A stretch of 32,692 nt of DNA, from NCBI GenBank assembly GCA_964452125.1, contig CAYVLO010000003.1, positions 1 to 32,692 of the forward strand, read 5' to 3'. Under the pieces are notes generated by a model. That model was not told the DNA's origin. It saw only the letters and a list, made by a program, of their open reading frames with translations, and did no database searches. The DNA is from an uncultured Anaerolineaceae bacterium (GTDB lineage: Bacteria; Chloroflexota; Anaerolineae; JAAYZQ01). The position numbers and the translations under genes are program-made. Positions 30,104 to 32,692 of the stretch are shown here, piece after piece (position 1 is the first letter of the stretch; every line of letters starts with the position of its first letter).

Positions 30104-31700
30104 TCTGTTTCCCTTTCTCCCCGCCTGGCAAGGCGATCGGCACAGTGAAATGAAACGTGCTGCCCACCCCGAGCTGGCTTTCAGCCCAGATACGGCCTCC
30201 TTGGGCCTCCACAATGGCTTTGCAGATGGCCAATCCCAACCCCGCTCCCCCCACCTGGCGCGTCGAAGCGCTATCGACCTGGTAAAACCGGGCAAAGATC
30301 TGATCCAGATACTGCTCATCGATGCCCAGACCCTGATCGGCGACACTGACTTGGGCAAGCGGCCCATCGACAGTGGCCTGAACCCCCACCTCGCCACCCT
30401 GAGGGGAATACTTGACCGCATTTTCCAGGAGATTGCGGAGCACCTGACGGGTGCGCCGCGGGTCGGCAAACACCAGCGGTAACTGGGCCGGCAGATCTGC
30501 TGCAAAACGATGTAGATGGGTCATGACCTGGAACTCGGCCAATGTATCTTGAACGACGGTGCGCAGATCCATGGTTTCTGGCTCAACGCGCAGGGTGCCT
30601 GCCTCGATACGAGACATATCCAGCAAATTGCCAATCAGCTCCGAGAGGCGGTCGCTCTCATTGTCGATGATGGATAGGAACTCGCGACGGCTAGCTTCAT
30701 CCCACTCGATATCCTGCCGCAACAGCGTGGTGGCAAAGCCCTTGATGCTCGCCAGCGGCGTCCGCAGCTCGTGGCTGACGGTTGCCAGGAGCTGCGATTT
30801 CATCTGATCCAGCTCCCTCTCCCGGGTGACATCACGCAGCAGAACACCCAATCCCTGATAATCCCGGCTCTCGTCATAGATCCGAAAAGGGCGCGATTGG
30901 AGTACGCGGGGTTCCGGGCCGTCAAAGTTTAGTTCCATGAGAGGTGCATCCTGCCGAGCCTCTGCCTCAGGTTGTAGTTCGGCCGTCTCTTGCCGCGAAA
31001 CCATCCCTGAGAGGATCAATTCCGAAAGCACCTCGCTCCAGAGTTTTCCCACAAGGGATTGCCGGGAAAAGCCCAGCATCGTTTCGGCGCAAGGGTTGCT
31101 GTACACGATCCGTCCCTGTGGATCGAGCAAAAGGAGGCCATCCACCATGCTGCGCATGACGCTCTCCAGGGTAGCCCGGCGGTGCTCCGCATCTTCGATC
31201 AACCGGGCATTGGCGATGGCAATCCCGATCTGATGGCCAATGGCTGTCAGAAGGTCCTCATCTTCCTTGGTAAACGTCCGCCCGGTCCGGCTTTGGATAT
31301 TCAACAATCCAATGACCTCACCCCGAGCGCGCAGCGGCAAGCGGATGCACGACTTGAAGCCATCCAACAGGCAAGCCCCCCGCTCGCGTGCCGGGTGAGA
31401 TTCGATGTCCTGAATCCGGAGGGGCTCCCCGCGCTTGATCGCCAGGCCACACAGGCACTGGCCTGAGCCGATGACCGCCTCTTGAGCCACGAATTGCTCC
31501 GACAGTCCCCGATGGACAAAGAGAATGAGGTCCTCGGTATCCTCATCGATCAAAAAGATGGCACCCGAACTCTCGCCCACCACGTCCAATGTGGTATCCA
31601 GGGCGCCCCTCAGGATCTCGTCCAGGTCCTGGGTGCAGTTCACCTGGGCTGCAATACTGGTCAAGGCCGCCAATTCGTCTGTTCGGCTACGTTCGCTCAC
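30096..31700 (-). CDS. Cytoplasmic sensor histidine kinase (GAF-PAS-HisKA-HATPase)
   Basis: N-terminal GAF, PAS (DGLLLLDPQGRIVYSNP), H-box SHELRTPL, N-box NLLENAVKY, DQGLG and GAGLGL; no TM. Start is GTG 31700 or TTG 31712. Confidence 0.92.
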   Translation of the reverse strand: MSERSRTDELAALTSIAAQVNCTQDLDEILRGALDTTLDVVGESSGAIFLIDEDTEDLILFVHRGLSEQFVAQEAVIGSGQCLCGLAIKRGEPLRIQDIESHPARERGACLLDGFKSCIRLPLRARGEVIGLLNIQSRTGRTFTKEDEDLLTAIGHQIGIAIANARLIEDAEHRRATLESVMRSMVDGLLLLDPQGRIVYSNPCAETMLGFSRQSLVGKLWSEVLSELILSGMVSRQETAELQPEAEARQDAPLMELNFDGPEPRVLQSRPFRIYDESRDYQGLGVLLRDVTRERELDQMKSQLLATVSHELRTPLASIKGFATTLLRQDIEWDEASRREFLSIIDNESDRLSELIGNLLDMSRIEAGTLRVEPETMDLRTVVQDTLAEFQVMTHLHRFAADLPAQLPLVFADPRRTRQVLRNLLENAVKYSPQGGEVGVQATVDGPLAQVSVADQGLGIDEQYLDQIFARFYQVDSASTRQVGGAGLGLAICKAIVEAQGGRIWAESQLGVGSTFHFTVPIALPGGEKGKQNE

Positions 31701-31733
31701 AATCGCCCCCAATTTCGGCTGGTACCCATTGAG

Positions 31734-31761
31734 AGTATAACATGGATACCCTGCCTGTCAA
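31734..31761 (-). promoter_or_regulatory. Sigma70 promoter for the kinase-regulator operon
   Basis: TTGACA-16 bp-TATACT with extended TG; a second TTGACA lies at 31763-31768. Confidence 0.6.
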
Positions 31762-31893
31762 ATGTCAAACCAAGGATCTCGGGTGGCGGCCTGCCGCCAG
31801 CAACGCAGGCCACCCCTGAAGACCGGGGCGACGGGCGTCCGATCGGAGGATAGGACCGGCTTGGCAACAACCCGAAATTGGAACGGCACATGC

Positions 31894-31922
31894 TTGCCGG
31901 TTGCCCTCACTGATGGTACAAT
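31894..31922 (+). promoter_or_regulatory. Sigma70 promoter for mutS
   Basis: TTGCCG-17 bp-TACAAT with extended TG. Confidence 0.55.
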
Positions 31923-31961
31923 AGCGGCACCACGGTTCCCGCGTGACAAGGAGTGGCCTGC

Positions 31962-32692
31962 ATGACGACGCCAATGCGCCAACAGTATCTGCGCATAAAA
32001 AAGCAGTACCCCGATACAATCGTTCTTTTTCGCCTGGGCGACTTTTATGAGACCTTTGACGACGATGCCCGGATCGTCGCCCGGGTCTGCGACATCGTCC
32101 TCACCTCCCGTCCGGTGGGCAAGGACCAGCGCGTGCCTCTGGCAGGCGTCCCCTATCACTCGGTAGAGGGCTACATCGCCAAACTCCTCCAGGCCGGACA
32201 CAAAGTGGCCATTGTCGAACAGATCGGCGAGGTCCCGGATCGAGGCCTGGTGGAACGCGACGTCGTGCGTGTGGTCACCCCCGGCACTGTGGTGGAATCC
32301 TCTCTTTTGGATGAGCGCCGCAACAATTACCTGGCCTCCCTGGTATTCGACGGAAACCGGGCAGGCCTGGCCTATACCGATATCACCACGGGTGAATTTG
32401 CCGCCACCCAGCTTTCGGGGGAGGGCGCCCACCAACTGGTCGAAGAACTGGATCGCCTGCAACCGGCAGAACTGGTCACACCCCACCCCGAAGCAATCGG
32501 CCCCCACCGCGGCCCCGGCGGCCCCCTGGCAGAGCTGTCTGTGACCGAATATGAAAAGTGGCCCTTTGAACTGGAAACAGCCCGGCAGGCCCTGCTCGAT
32601 CATTTCGAGGTAGCCAGCCTGGACGGATTTGGGCTGGCAGGGTTGCCCCTGGCGGTGCGCGCCGCGGGGGGACTCTTGCATTACGTGCGGGA
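31962..32692 (+). CDS. mutS: DNA mismatch repair protein MutS (5' partial, runs off the window; absent from the ORF track)
   Basis: Manual translation from ATG 31962 (AGGAG RBS): MTTPMRQQYLRIKKQYPDTIVLFRLGDFYETF...AGVPYH...KVAIVEQ...RVVTPGTV. Confidence 0.97.
   Translation, partial: MTTPMRQQYLRIKKQYPDTIVLFRLGDFYETFDDDARIVARVCDIVLTSRPVGKDQRVPLAGVPYHSVEGYIAKLLQAGHKVAIVEQIGEVPDRGLVERDVVRVVTPGTVVESSLLDERRNNYLASLVFDGNRAGLAYTDITTGEFAATQLSGEGAHQLVEELDRLQPAELVTPHPEAIGPHRGPGGPLAELSVTEYEKWPFELETARQALLDHFEVASLDGFGLAGLPLAVRAAGGLLHYVR

Noticed and set aside
30104-30505. N-terminal extension of the response regulator in the ORF track (366 aa)
   Set aside because: It overlaps the kinase HATPase domain in another frame; the receiver begins at ATG 30103.
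31758-32681. 307-aa minus-strand ORF
   Set aside because: It is antisense to mutS, which the ORF track missed because the gene runs off the window.

Overview
This is a GC-rich, gene-dense bacterial chromosomal window with no tRNA/rRNA, CRISPR array or mobile element that I can see. Gene content and style suggest Chloroflexota (Anaerolineae-like), but that is inference. In order it encodes: a membrane protein plus hydantoinase/oxoprolinase A and B (-); xpt-guaA (-); a divergent nurA / stand-alone HAS-barrel / herA operon (+); a beta-helix + TolB-like propeller lipoprotein; a Tat-signal helical protein; thyX; a large TPR protein; cdaA with a non-canonical DQA motif; a divergent TlpA/CcmC-like pair; nnr; a phosphate acyltransferase; a glgA / GalT-like / small membrane protein operon (-); a chelatase I/D gene split by an A10 slippery run; rubrerythrin; a single-domain receiver; a KdpE/OmpR-like regulator; a Cys-rich GAF histidine kinase (-); and the 5' part of mutS (+). 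The strongest hidden signal is the apparent programmed -1 frameshift (A_AAA_AAG within A10 at 27022-27032), which would give both a ChlI-like subunit and a ~699-aa ChlD-like subunit from one gene. Other leads are the GalT-like enzyme coupled to glycogen synthase, the possible redox-sensing two-component/rubrerythrin module with KdpE-like boxes, and the three-gene NurA-HAS-HerA system. All calls come from reading motifs by eye; no searches were run.
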